Origin: Dendronephthya gigantea | Taxonomy: Eukaryota | Length of the DNA: 64,000 bases | Direction of reading: 5' to 3' | NCBI RefSeq assembly: GCF_004324835.1 | Contig: NW_021163026.1 | Location: 2,163,271 to 2,227,270, forward strand | In this document: one piece after another, positions 51,907-64,000 of the stretch | Position numbering within the stretch: position 1 is the stretch's first letter | Layout: the number at the start of each line of letters is the position of its first letter | Position numbers and translations under genes: made by a program | The notes under the pieces: model-generated | What the model was told of the DNA's origin: nothing | Databases searched by the model: none | Seen by the model: the letters and a program-made list of their open reading frames with translations, nothing else

Positions 51907-54900
51907 ATGTTTTCCAGTCCTTCGGTGGATAAAGAGAATGTTTTAGAAGAGGTAAATTTGTATTTTGCTGCCTTAGAAAGTTGAATTGAAAGATCGCTAT
52001 TTTAATGTGTGCATTGTTGATTGTTTTCATTATTTCTGTACTCTTTGATATATGCCTCTGATACTGGATGGTTTTGATAATTTTACCACGGTTAAACACT
52101 AGCAATACAGTGAATAGAAGAAATGAGTAAAATCATCTGGCATTAAAATACGAAATATATAAAATGGAGCAGTGTTAGAGTTATAAAGATATGGAGCATT
52201 GTTTGGCTGATGGCACAGCCATTGCACTAAGATGCATCTGCTTACTACCATGTTTTTTGCTTTTGTATAGATTTTTGCTACAACACCTGGCAGAGCACCT
52301 CTGAAGACTGTCCAAAAGGGAAGCATTGCAGCCGTGGGGACACCCTTGGGGATAGCGAAGAGAACACCAAGGCCAGGGTCTGCACATGCCACAACACCTA
52401 GTTTCCGTAGGCTGGCAAGAAGATTGAAACGACAGAGTGTACCGTTTGCTTTATCAAAGCCAGTGTCAATATTTGACAACAATGGAAAAGGTATCTTCAC
52501 AGGAAATCCTGTCTTTGAGGAAGGCGGACAACAATTGAAAAGAAATGGACCAGGGTTGAATGAAATGATACAAGACAAAGTCTCTGAAACTGTTATCAAG
52601 ATTAGGGAGGTATATCAATTAATATAATTATATAATTATCATTAGCAAACCATCATTATTATCACCAGTGATCATTACCATATGCCGCCCATCATCATAA
52701 ACAAAATCATATATTCTATAGAGGTATGAGGCAACCTTAGCTCAGAAACAACATGATCTTGATGAAAAGAATATCATGATCTCACAGCTACAATCAGAAA
52801 TCAGCCTTCTAAAACACTCTCACAATGACAGCCAGACACAGTCAGAAAAAGTAAACCAGGATTTGAGCATTTCAAACTTTGTGAATGAAGTAATCTCAAA
52901 GGCTGCTCAAGAGATCCAGAATGAAGATTCCACAGCAGAAACCTGCGACCTGCAACCTTCCTCTGTTGATTTAATACAAAATACCTCACCAGTAAAGCTT
53001 AGAGGTTGCTCAACTGCAATCACACCAACAAAATTGGTTTCTGCAGGAACATCTCCAATAAAACTTAAACTAACAGAAAACGAGACATCCATGACGCCCG
53101 TCTTGAAGATCCATGAAGCAACTTCGGTAACCCCGGTTGGAACAGCAGACGCAATGCTGGCAACCTCTCCTGCTTGTCTGAAAGATGCAGGAATTTCCAC
53201 ATCACCTTTCTGCCTGCTGGACTCAACAACAAACACATCTCATAACTGTTCACTCAACTCAGTGCAAGAGACCTCATCCACGAGCACCAAATCTGATGGA
53301 GAACACAAACCATATCCTGGATCTAAAGGCGGTAGCTCCATTCCAGATGGGAATGATACCGATCCATCCTTCAATTGTGCAGAAGAAACAGCAGTAGCTG
53401 CACCTATAAAACCGGAGCAAGATTTTGGAAGCCTGAATGTATCCTCACAGAGAGAATCCTGTGGGACCCCACTCTCTTCAATACATATAACAGATGCAGA
53501 TAATGGTCACGCCTTTTCCGACAATACCCTAAAGGAAATTGGAACATCAATGACACCCGTCACCCTAATACACAAACACACACTGGTGTCTCCAGTGCAA
53601 ACATCAAATGTATCAATATCCACCTCGCCCCTTGTTGCTGCTCTCCATCCAGAAATCATTACAAGCCTGCCACTCAGTCAACTCCGATCCGAACTAGAAT
53701 CAGCCGCAATCAGCAATGAGCTTCTGAGAAGCGAATGCGACGAGCTTAGCGCAAAGATTGAACTACTGCAGTCATCTGTCGACAAGGCAAGATCTGAGGC
53801 TGAGAGGAAATGTAGCTCAATGCAAAATGTGGTAGATTCTCTTACAAAAAAACTTGAAGAAGCTTTGGAGCTCAATGAGGATATGGAAAGGAAGAAGGTG
53901 AAATCGTTTATAAAATCACAATACAATACAGTTTTATTACTTTTCAAGTACTTTTATAATGGTACATGATTGAGAAAATCATAATCCCTTGGGTCAGCTC
54001 TATAACCTAGCCTATTGTACAACTGGCTAGAGTTTAGCAATTAAACTGCTGAACCGAGCTCGCCAGCCTGCCCCACTGCTAAACTCCAACTGTTCTCATT
54101 ATCATTACAGCCTTTGAACGCTGAGGAATATGACAAAACCATCAGCAGTCTGCAGAAAGATATCTTGTTGAAGGAGAAACAGATGACATTTTACATCAAG
54201 GTACTCGTGAGCTAAACTAGGTGTTGCTTGAAAAACATATGAAAACAAAAACCATGCATGTTATGATAGTTTCATAGGCCAGCACTGGAAATCGTGAACA
54301 CTTGAGCAAGCTGATTATGCAGTAATTTTTTGCATTGTATGTGTTAATTAAACAGAAAGCATCTGAAGCAGATAACTTACAAAAAGACTTGCGAAGAATG
54401 TATGCAAAATACAATGCACAGGTATGAATCATTGATACTGTTTAGTTAATATAATATACTATGCAACTCTATCTGTTTGTAGAGGTCCAGTAAGGATCAT
54501 CTCTTATTGATCCAGTGTTACTACAGGAGCAAACCTAAACTAAACCAACTTTATTTATACTGGATAGCTCTATCAGTTCTAAACTGTTCTTCCTAGAGGT
54601 CCAGTAAGGATCATCTCTTATTGATCCAGTGTTACTACAGAAGGAAACCTAAACTAAACTAACTTTATTTATACTGGATAGCTCTATCAGTTCTAAACTG
54701 TTCTTCCTAGAGGTCCAGTAAGGATCATCTCTTATTGATCCAGTGTTACTACAGGAGGAAACCTAAACTAAACTAACTTTATTTATACTGGATAGCTCTA
54801 TCAGTTCTAAACTGTTCTTCCTAGAGGTCCAGTAAGGATCATCTCTTATTGATCCAGTGTTACTACAGGAGGAAACCTAAACTAAACTAACTTTATTTAT

Positions 54901-57900
54901 ACTGGATAGCTCTATCAGTTCTAAACTGTTCTTCCTAGAGGTCCAGTGAGGATAATCTCTTATTGATCCAGTGTTACTACAGGAGGAAACCTAAACTAAA
55001 CTAACTTTATTTATACTGGATAGCTCTATCAGTTCTAAACTGTTCTTCCTAGAGGTCCAGTAAAGATCATCTCTTATTGATCCAGTGTTACTACAGGAGG
55101 AAACCTAAACTAAACTAACTTTATTTATACTGGATAGCTCTATCAGTTCTAAACTGTTCTTCCTAGAGGTCCAGTGAGGATAATCTCTTATTGATCCAGT
55201 GTTACTACAGGAGGAAACCTAAACTAAACTAACTTTATTTATACTGGATAGCTCTATCAGTTCTAAACTGTTCTTCCTAGAGGTCCAGTAAAGATCATCT
55301 CTTAATGTTACTATTATTTTCAGCACCAGTCATACATGACAATGGAAGAAGAAACGAAGAAACTCAGTGAGAACTACAGCGCAAAGTGTGTCAACTACGA
55401 CGCATTACAAAGTGAACTTTGTGACGTGAAAGTTGAACTACAGCAAGCTCTTCAGGAGATTGAGGCTCATGGTAAAGTCAGGGAGGAGGCTAAAGAGCAT
55501 CAAGTGAGATGCAGCATTCTTGAAGAACAGATTCAGGTTTGTCTCAAATAAGTAGATTTGTATTTTAAACCCCCAACTAGGGCGATTCGGAAGGTTAATA
55601 AGAGAAGCACTTGTTGGAGGTGATACAGGGTCAAGGGCCAGGGCAGACGTATCCATCCATGAAATTTTTCTTGTGTGCATTTAACCGGCATTTTCTTCCT
55701 CTTCAAATTCTTCAACATTCAGAGCTCTAGCTGAGGTGCCGGGAACCGACTTATAAATAGTAGAACCACATTTCTCGATCAACGTATTTTTTCAGCAAGT
55801 ATAACAGCATGGTATTTTTATCGTTTATTACATTCTCCTGAAAGCGACACTTTCTTTGCAAAGTCTTGATGTAAACTGAGTTATCGCGGATTTCTGGTGC
55901 AAAGTTCTCGAGCGTCTCCGTCGGGATTCTCCTAGCAATGACATCAAGTATTTTCTCAAGTGGTAACTCGTGACGTGCAGCGTAAGGAAGAAGACGCAAA
56001 GTATTTTCGGGCTCAAGATTCCCAGCTTCATTCATACATCGCTTTATGACATCTATCGCTGTGTATTTGTCAGCGATCTCGAGAATATCGAAAATATTGT
56101 CATCGTCAATTTCTACAATTTCATCGCCCAGCATTATCGTTGGATATAATAACTTGAGGAATTCATTCATAGCAAAATAGTCATCGTCTTTTAACTCGAT
56201 TCTCTCCTGTGTTGCATCCTTGAAGTTGCCGTTGAACATCGCTTCAAACACAGGTGACTGCAACGACAGAATGTAGCGATGGACATGAAGCTCTTTGCTT
56301 TCGACCACCAACACAGCATCGCTCCTTCGCCATGGTTTTGAAAAAAAATCATAATTTTTTTCCCCCATATTTACGTTCATGTATACTGTAATGTACTCGC
56401 TTTCATGAAATGTTTTCAAGAAGTCAGAATGTAATATGACTCTTTGTGAGCCATTTTCGTTCGGGTAGGCACTTAGGGTAGGCTAATCGGGACACACATC
56501 AATGACACACGTTATTTCAACTTAGTAACGGCCACTGGTAACGGCACGTCTTTTATGAGTTTTATCGTAATTGAGTTATAATGTAAGATATTATCATGGA
56601 CTTTGACTTATCTGTTTCATATTTTTACAGACCTTCCAATGCCAGCAGAGAGAGAATCTGGAGTTCTTGGAGCAAGAGAGAAAAGGACTGGAAGAGACAA
56701 GCCTTGAGTTGGAACAACAAGTAAGCGTCACTTTGTGAATCGAGAAGAGTTCATTGCCCAAAACAAAAAATTTGATGGTGAGAACTCGTGCATCATGTAA
56801 CACCAAACGTCAAATTCAAGAATTTCCGTCTAGTTCCAGTCGGAGTAACTCCATACAAAATTCGTATTTTCAATGTTTTCCTAACATCATTCACTTCCTG
56901 CCATTGTCATCTTATAAATGAAAGCCGGCAACTGCTAGGTTTACTACGAGTACGGTCCTTAATTCAAACCATTTTACGCTTCTTTTAAAGGTTAAAAGGC
57001 TTTCGGAAGAACTAAGTTTGGCGCGTCAGGCTTTTGAGGAAAAGTCACGACTACACGAGGATACGAGTGACACTGTGCGTCAATTACGGTACGTTCAACG
57101 GTTCACGTTTTGTTCGTTTCCACAGCAACACGGGAGTGAAACGCTAACTTCAGCACTATACTTGGTTGAACCAAAAATAAGTGATTTGAGTTTTTGACTC
57201 TGTTTCTCGTTAAGAATTTAGCAAATGATTGTATTTTACATAGTTCTAGACATTCCTAGATAATTCCTCTCTACGTCTGTCTTAAACGTTCAAAAACCCA
57301 GAAAAACTACGCCAAGTTAGCGTTCCATGTTCTAGCTATTACACTGACTCGAAATCATCAGTTTTCCTCCAGTAATGGCAGTGTATACTTACAATCCACA
57401 GGAGTCAACTATCTGACGTCCAGGATGAACTGAACGCTGTACAATCTCAGGCGTATCTGCTCATGTTGGAACAAGAGAAAGAATTGACAGCTGCATCGAG
57501 AGTTCTGGAAGACACCTGGGAACGACTTGTGCCTGTCGTCGAGACGTATAAAGAACGTGCCAAACAACAGGAGGAGGTAAGCGTAGGAGGGACCCCCCGA
57601 CCCTCTCTCCACCTGGGACGTCACTCCTTCCCCGCACACACCCACTAAGGAGCCGTAAGACTTTCATTGCAATTTTTTTTATCATTTTTTTAGCCGACAG
57701 TGGAGAAAAATAGCGAAGAAATATTAGGGAACGAATACAGACCATCGTTTGTGTATTCTGTCCTGGCAGCTGTTTCAGGATCCGTGCCAACGGTAAGAAC
57801 ACATCGCGCACACCAAGTTTACCCAATTGCCATGCACTAGCTGTCTTCCCCTCGAGATTCAGAAATTGAGCAGTTTTAAACATGATAGAAATAGAAGACA

Positions 57901-59665
57901 TATATATAGGATCTCTATTAAATTTTCCAAACAATCCAACTGGCGACGTGAAGCTTTTTGAAGGAGTCATCGTATTTTTATTTACAGTCTGAGAATGTCA
58001 AGAACTCTTCATCGCCAGAAGACACGACGGAGGATGATAATAACACTGGAGTGGTCCCTTGTGAGGAACCAGCAGTTGACGTGCAGAGTCACGAGGGGGA
58101 AGACTTCACCCTAGTGAGCCGAGCCAAGGCTTTTCAAACACTTCTCTCAGATCTCGAAGGATACGTGCAAGACGGTAATGAACACGCGCAGATGACGATA
58201 CAACGGCAAGTTGATGAGATGTAAGTATTATGAGGGAGGGGGGTGAAATGATGATGTTCTGGGGGCTATGAATGGCTAACTGGGGGTTAAATGATGGTGG
58301 TGTGGGGGGTATGAATGGTTTTGATTCTGATCTTGTTGATATTTTGTCCAGCGCTAATCTTGAGGAATCCTTGCTTGAGGCAAAGCAACAACAAAATGAA
58401 CAGTTGACAATCTTGAAACAAGAACTGGAAAACGAAGCCTGCGGTGATGAAGAAATTGCAACGAGAGAACGACAACAAACAATACGAGATTGAAAGACTC
58501 AAGCTGGAACTGAAAACCGCTGAAGAAAATTTTGAGACGTCGCAGGAACGAATGAGGGAGATTGGAAACAGATGCTGCGCTTTGATCGAACAGGAGGCTG
58601 AGAATCAGGTAACGAAATTGCTCACCTGACGTAGCAGTTGTGCCCATCTCTATTCGCTTTTGAAAACTGATGAAACTCTTGTAGAAACTCCCGTTTGTTA
58701 GTCAGACAGCATTAACTCTCGTTTGGCTGGTACTTTTCAGATAATCCTGCCAGAAAAACCTTGTTCTTTTGTTTAGATATTAGTCGAATACACTATCGAA
58801 TACATACATGCGCATGACGATTTTGGTTGCAAATTGAGCTAATTTATCATGTTACACAATGTTTTCTTTACAAGATGTTAAATGAGAAACTTCGCCTTCT
58901 TAACGATGAGCTCGAGAAAGTGAAGCAGGAAAAAACGTGTTTGGAGAAAGAACTGGAGGAGAACATTAAAAGACTACAGAGATTGGTCGACGCCAGCGAG
59001 AGTACTGACCAAGAGAAGCAGGCGACTCTTGTGCGGGAGAGCTTTACCGATCTTCTGAACAAGAAACTGCATTTGGAAAGAGAGGTATCACAGTGCCTTG
59101 TGATGTTTTATACTTACATGATATGTGCAGTTTAAGGTTTGTATTTCCACACGACGATACGAAGCTGTTATCGTGTTTTTGTTTAGGTCGAGAAGTTGCG
59201 AAGTTCTTTTGCGAAAACGCTGAAAGAGAACGAGAGTTTTGCACAGTATAACGCGCGCTTGGAAAACAAGGTATTTTAGTAGCTGTTTTGGTCTTCTAAT
59301 GCAGCAATTTCCATGGTCTCAGAGACTGGTATTGGACTAAATCAATTGGTCGACTACATTCGCACCCTGTGCCAAATATAATTGCTTTTTTGTATACCAA
59401 TTTATAGGCGAGCATTCTTGGCAGTAATCTCTTGAGAGCTGAAGAAGAAATATATAGACTGGATGGTATTGTTGATCGATTTTGCATTGTGAGTACTCTT
59501 TTGTAAATCGTTAGAACGTCGTTTCAACTTTGTTTTCGAACGAGTTCAGCATTATAATTCTTTAAAACGACTTTCTCCCAGGCGACGCAGGCCAGTTGGC
59601 AAACAATGACGGCTTCCCAGGATCTGCGGGATTTACTGAAGGAACTTGATATTGTTGTGGAATAG
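51907..59665 (+). CDS. Long coiled-coil protein gene with an N-terminal KEN box, 15 coding exons, and one apparent +1 frame discontinuity in exon 11; protein family unassigned
   Basis: Exons: 51907-51951 (MFSSPSVDKENVLEE), 52271-52609, 52722-53897, 54111-54200, 54356-54421, 55324-55536, 56631-56720, 56991-57088, 57402-57576, 57988-58220, 58352-58608, 58875-59084, 59187-59270, 59408-59488, 59582-59665 (...DLRDLLKELDIVVE*). All introns are GT-AG and phases are continuous. The total is 3241 nt, or 3240 nt if one extra nucleotide in exon 11 is removed. Exon 3 has a Ser/Thr-rich region, followed by heptad-like coiled-coil sequence through the C-terminus. Confidence 0.65.
54481..55305. repeat. Tandem array (about 7 units) of the 117-bp repeat family in an intron of the coiled-coil gene
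   Basis: These are near-identical units. The array sits between exons 54356-54421 and 55324-55536. Confidence 0.9.
55751..56419 (-). CDS. Intronless BTB/POZ-domain protein gene nested antisense within an intron of the coiled-coil gene
   Basis: An uninterrupted 222-aa ORF carries a classic BTB core: DAVLVVESKELHVHRYILSLQSPVFEAMFNGNFKDATQERIELKDDDYFAMNEFLKLLY. It lies wholly inside intron 55537-56630 of the plus-strand coiled-coil gene. Confidence 0.7.
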   Translation of the reverse strand: MKTFHESEYITVYMNVNMGEKNYDFFSKPWRRSDAVLVVESKELHVHRYILSLQSPVFEAMFNGNFKDATQERIELKDDDYFAMNEFLKLLYPTIMLGDEIVEIDDDNIFDILEIADKYTAIDVIKRCMNEAGNLEPENTLRLLPYAARHELPLEKILDVIARRIPTETLENFAPEIRDNSVYIKTLQRKCRFQENVINDKNTMLLYLLKKYVDREMWFYYL

Positions 59666-60701
59666 GAGCCAGTGGACTTGTGGACGTGCGTACGAAAGGG
59701 GGGTTTTAAACTTGTAAATAGTGTCTTATCTTACCATATGATCGAATAGATTCGGTTAATAGAGTTTTATATCGTATACGCCCCTCGTGAATGAAAACCG
59801 CAGCAATTGAGATGATTTTTAGCATGGCATGTCTTTGGTACAAATAATGGTAACAACCAAAACAACTTCGATGCAAGTGAAGCGCTCGTCCCCCCCCCCT
59901 CTTTCGCTGTACCTGGTCTCTAAGGGGGAGGGGTTGGCATTGTGCACAGCTGAGTATAGCCTGAGTTGACGTTTTTAACCTCGTTTCCAAGCTTTTGCTT
60001 TTAATGTAGGGAATTCTCAAGGAGGGAATATTTTCGCTCTTCCTAAGGAATTCTCGAATTTCCAAAACCGCAAAGCATTGTGGTTGGTTACATTTCCAAA
60101 GTGCAAAGCAATATTAAACGCTGGTTTGGATACAAAACTTACACAGGAAAGCAAGCTTTTTTTTTCATTAAACTGCGCCAAGACATCAAATTATAGACCT
60201 TTATCGCCATTACAAGGTAATGTGTATTAATTTAGTTCTTTTTGGGCAAGTAAACGCTCTAAAAATGCTATTTTTTCGAGCAAGTCTTGTCTGTCTATCG
60301 GAGCAAACATACAGACCGCAGATGTTTTGAGCTATATATAAAGTAATTTACGTTTTATGAAACGTTTCGAGTGCTAGTGTTAGAAAATATTATGATTGAG
60401 ATATTTGGCCATTATATATCAGGCCGATATGGGTGGACTATTTTAACGTTTATGACTTTATGTTTAACACAATCTTTGAGAATTTATTGCATGATATTTT
60501 TGAGGAAGATAATTAACGAGCTATTTACATTTCTTTTTCCGTTTTGACCTCGATTTCGAAAAGGGATCGATGTGTGCCATGCTTTTTCGTTTAAAACAAT
60601 TTTATTGAGCCCTGAAATTCTGGTTGTGATGTTTTTGCATTCTGCTTGTGTGAAATATATGCTCTGTTCTTAAACAGAATAACATCTTTGTGTTATTTAG
60701 G

Positions 60702-61853
60702 ATGTCAAGAAGTGATGTTCGAACCACAAAAGTTTATGTTGGGAATCTTCCTCATGATGCTCGTAAGGAAGAGCTAGAACATGAATTCTCGCGCTATGGT
60801 AAACTCCAAGATGTTTGGGTGGCCCGTAACCCCCCTGGATTTGCTTTTGTTGAATTCTACGATGAACGTGATGCCAAAGATGCGTGCGATGACTTGGATG
60901 GTCGAACTCTGTGTGGGGCACGGGTCAGAGTGGAAATATCACATGGTAAAAGTCGGGGGAGAGGTCGTGGCCGAGGAGGTGGTGGAAGAGATCGCCGTGA
61001 TGATCGTAGAGACGATCGCCGTCGTTATGACGATGGTGGTAGCCGGGGACAGAGGTAAAATTTGCTGCGGGTTAAAAAATTTTTGCTTTTGTTTATATCA
61101 ATTTACATGAGTAATATTTTTTGTCTTTTTAACAATGCCTAGGTATCCTCCCCCATTTCTAAGTTCCATCCATGCGACAAATTGTTACACATCCTCGCCA
61201 TAGAGGAACTGAAACACAACCACAGTTTGCCGCGATCTCTCTATAATATCTCTTCAATTTCGACCATCGTTGTCAACACTACAATGTTCACTGTATCGCC
61301 GATTACTCTACTGCTTCGTCAGCAAATTCTGCAAAAGTTCTGTGGAAAGTAAACAACCGAGAATAGCTTTTCTCACCATCCGCTCGGAGTTGCTGAACCT
61401 GTTCTACATAAATGCCTTTTTTCAACCAACAACACAACAGCTGCAATATTTCCTAGGCATCCACTGAGATTTATCACCGATAATCCTTTTGAATCGCTTT
61501 CTGCCAACTAAATTTCAACGTTTGTGAGGGTAATTCATCTTCACAAAGATTCATCATCTTCGGAAGCATCAACTTCAGTGAAATCTGCACGAAAAATTTC
61601 ATATTCGACTTCGTCTGTATGCTCAGCTCACCACAAAGGTCAAAATCTCATAGTTTTTTTGTTCCTCAAAAAAAGGAAAGGTATAAAACTAGGAGGGTTG
61701 TGTAATACTTTTTGTTCAAGTTCTTAATCACTAAGTTATTGTTCAAGGCCATAAAAATGGCTGTTGTCAGACATTCCACCCATTTTCCAAAACTTTCTTC
61801 CAATTTTTAGGAGCTGGCGAAGTCGTTCAAGATCACCAGATCGACGCTATTAA
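60702..61853 (+). CDS. SR-family splicing factor (SRSF3/SRSF7-like: one RRM plus an RS tail), 2 coding exons
   Basis: Exons: 60702-61054 and 61811-61853. The ATG sits just after the ttatttag acceptor of a 5'UTR intron. The RRM reads [73 protein letters not shown]. It is followed by [11 protein letters not shown]...[20 protein letters not shown]|[13 protein letters not shown]. The donor is CAGAG|GTAAAA and the acceptor is tttttag|GAGCTGG. Confidence 0.75.
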
Positions 61854-62904
61854 AATATCCACATTTGGTAAGCTTTTGTTTTCCTTTAAAGAGGGTTAAG
61901 GTCTGTTCACACGATTTCAATTTTGTTGGTTCCAATTCACCTGTGACGTATGAAATATAGTCGGCTATTGGTGAAGCCGTAGTACATTGGCTTCAGTGGA
62001 TTTTCTGCTGATATACATTACAAGACAACAGACTATAAAACATCCATCAGAAGTGAATTGGATCCAACAAAATTGGATTGTGTGAACAAACTTTTACAGT
62101 GCCTTTTGTGAATTGCTTAATATCTTCTTCTCATAACAATGGGTGTATGCTGCTCAATTGAAGATCACTAAAATTTAACATGTTTCTGATTTTTCTAAAC
62201 AAACTTCAGCTCATAGTTATTTAGAACCATAGTGATCTAAAATAGGGTTAAATATTCTGACCGTAGTTGATATTATAGGAAATATAGTAATTCAAAATGT
62301 ACATTTTATTGACTGTTTGTTTTCTCATACTAAACCTAAAATATTTTGTTTTCAGGAAGGTGTTTTAAAGTTGTAGAATATGATGGCTGAAGTGTCTTCA
62401 AACTTAACCTAGGATTCCTAAGAGTCCTGTTCCTTTTTCTTGTGCTTGTAACCTGCTCAATTGGACATACTTTGCATTTGTTTTTATCTTTGTATATGAT
62501 TTATTAAAGTTAACATCTTAAAATTGTATTTGTCTTCAGAAATAAAATTCCTTAAAGCTTCTTTTATTAGTTTTTATTTTGAATACCAAGAGGTTCAATG
62601 CACTTTGGCTACAACATGAAATTTTCCCAGTGTGACGTGTGCTTGGCTGTGCTCAATCTGTGTTTATGTGCTTTTTTCCTTGGGCTTTTTTCCAAAACTA
62701 CATAATTTTCCACACTGTTTGGAGCCTTGGCCAAAGCAGCACAAAATTAATTAGTAAGTTTCTGTTTTTAATGAAAAACTAGTCCAAATTTTTTAGGATT
62801 TTCGCATTTGAAAAAACTTCTTTTGATTATTCAAAATTTGTTTCCAGTAATATATTGTATGTATTTTTCTTTATCTCTAAATACTTGTGGACATCTGAGG
62901 CACA

Positions 62905-63680
62905 AAGCAGCTTGGCACATTTGATGCAGACATATTCAAAAGAAGAGCTGGAGAGTAGAAAGCAGATCCACAAACCAAGTATACAGATGAGGAGAAATGA
63001 AAGGTAGTTATCTTCTATTACTTCAGATGTGTTGTTTATCGTTCATAGCAGTGATAGGTAAATTATATTAGAATCTACTTTTTCTTTATGTGGAAATATC
63101 GAATTTTTTTATGTAGCCGGTGTTGGCCCAGAGCTGATTGATGCATTTGATACATATTCAAAAGAAAAGCTGGAGAGATGAAGTAAATCATCATCACATT
63201 AAGTATACAGATGAAGAAAAATGAAAGGTAGTTAACTACGTTGCTCTACATGTGTGTTTCTCATTCATAGCAATGATAGGTAAATGGTATTAGAATCTAT
63301 CCTTTTCGTGTGTGGAAATGTCTATTTTTGATTTGTTTACAGGCCTTGGTTATACATATTCAAAAGAAGAGCTGGAGAGAAGTGAATCGACACTCTAAGT
63401 ATACAGATGATTCGAAATGAAAGGTAATTGCTTTAAGCTATACATATTTCTATCATTCATAGCAACGATAGGTAAATAAATGATATTACAGTTTATTTTT
63501 TGTTTATGTGGAAATATATCTTTTTTCTTTATGTGGAGGCCTTGGTCCAGTGTGTATCAGTACATTTCACACATTTTCAAAAGAAGAGCCAGAGAGAAGC
63601 CATTGGGATGTACATCAATGTACAACTAAAGAAAAATGAAAGGTTGCCTACCTTATCCTATCCATATGTTTATCATTCAT
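62905..63680. repeat. Tandem repeat of about 220 bp and roughly 4 units, downstream of the SR-protein gene
   Basis: The blocks atattcaaaagaagagctggagag...cagatgag(g/a)a(g/a)aaatgaaaggta...cattcatagcaatgataggtaaat recur at about 62919, 63146, 63349 and 63570. Confidence 0.8.
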
Positions 63681-64000
63681 AGCATGAAAAGCTCTTGTTT
63701 GATATATTTTTCCAGTACTAATATCTGGGGAGTGTATATTATGTTTACATATAATAGAAACAATAGGTACAAAAGAAATCAGACAGGTATATAGTACAAA
63801 TGTATGAATATGGATCATACAACCCAGTACAATTCAGCTTCTCTAGGTATGGCTCTGGGCAGGATATTGCAATCCACCAGATAGTGATTCTTTCAATTAA
63901 TTGTTTTAAAATCGTCTGTAGTTGGCTATAACTTTGATTAAATATTAGTATTCCTATATAGAGGACCTCTTTAATAATGTTGCTTTGATGAGCAATCCAG

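Noticed and set aside
15757-55305. Regular tandem arrays (117-bp, 80-bp and 36-bp units) that could be mistaken for CRISPR-like repeat arrays
   Set aside because: The units are contiguous with no unique spacers. They lie in spliceosomal introns of eukaryotic genes. No cas-like ORFs are present.
1-64000. Reading the window as a prokaryotic or phage defence island, given the 'undescribed system' prompt
   Set aside because: Coding sequence is interrupted by dozens of GT-AG introns with phase continuity. The proteins are eukaryote-specific (eIF3c, paxillin, PP4C, sacsin, SR protein). There is no operon structure and there are no Shine-Dalgarno-linked ORFs.

Overview
This window is eukaryotic and almost certainly metazoan (invertebrate-like), not prokaryotic. 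It is AT-rich and gene-dense. Coding regions are broken by GT-AG introns, many of which carry tandem satellite arrays. I built gene models by hand from splice consensus, phase continuity and recognisable protein motifs. They are: (1) an FTSJ3/Spb1 pre-rRNA 2'-O-methyltransferase homolog on the minus strand (7686-12622); (2) eIF3 subunit C on the plus strand (13362-21364, 28 exons, total length an exact multiple of three); (3) a paxillin homolog with LD motifs and four LIM domains (22595-27110, 7 exons); (4) the protein phosphatase 4 catalytic subunit on the minus strand (28092-30698); (5) a giant sacsin-like gene (31502-46446) with three HATPase-like repeats in an 11.3-kb exon, a degenerate J domain and a C-terminal HEPN domain; (6) an unusual gene fusing two N-terminal MATH/TRAF domains to a 2'-5'-oligoadenylate-synthetase-like nucleotidyltransferase (47393-51338, 10 exons, 812 codons in frame), which is the most interesting object here; (7) a long KEN-box coiled-coil protein gene (51907-59665, 15 exons) with an intronless BTB-domain gene nested antisense in one of its introns (55751-56419); (8) an SRSF3/7-like SR splicing factor (60702-61853). 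I saw no tRNA, rRNA, CRISPR array or clear transposon ORF. Several repeat families occur, notably a 117-bp hairpin-containing unit arrayed in introns of three unrelated genes. There are three apparent single-nucleotide frame discontinuities inside otherwise conserved exons: two in the sacsin-like gene and one in the coiled-coil gene. The clearest (35550-35567 and 58426-58493) sit at A5/A4 homopolymer runs; the third (~43985-44090) is near AAGAAGG. They look more like assembly indels than pseudogenisation. Linkage of the sacsin exons between 44065 and 44760 is unresolved.
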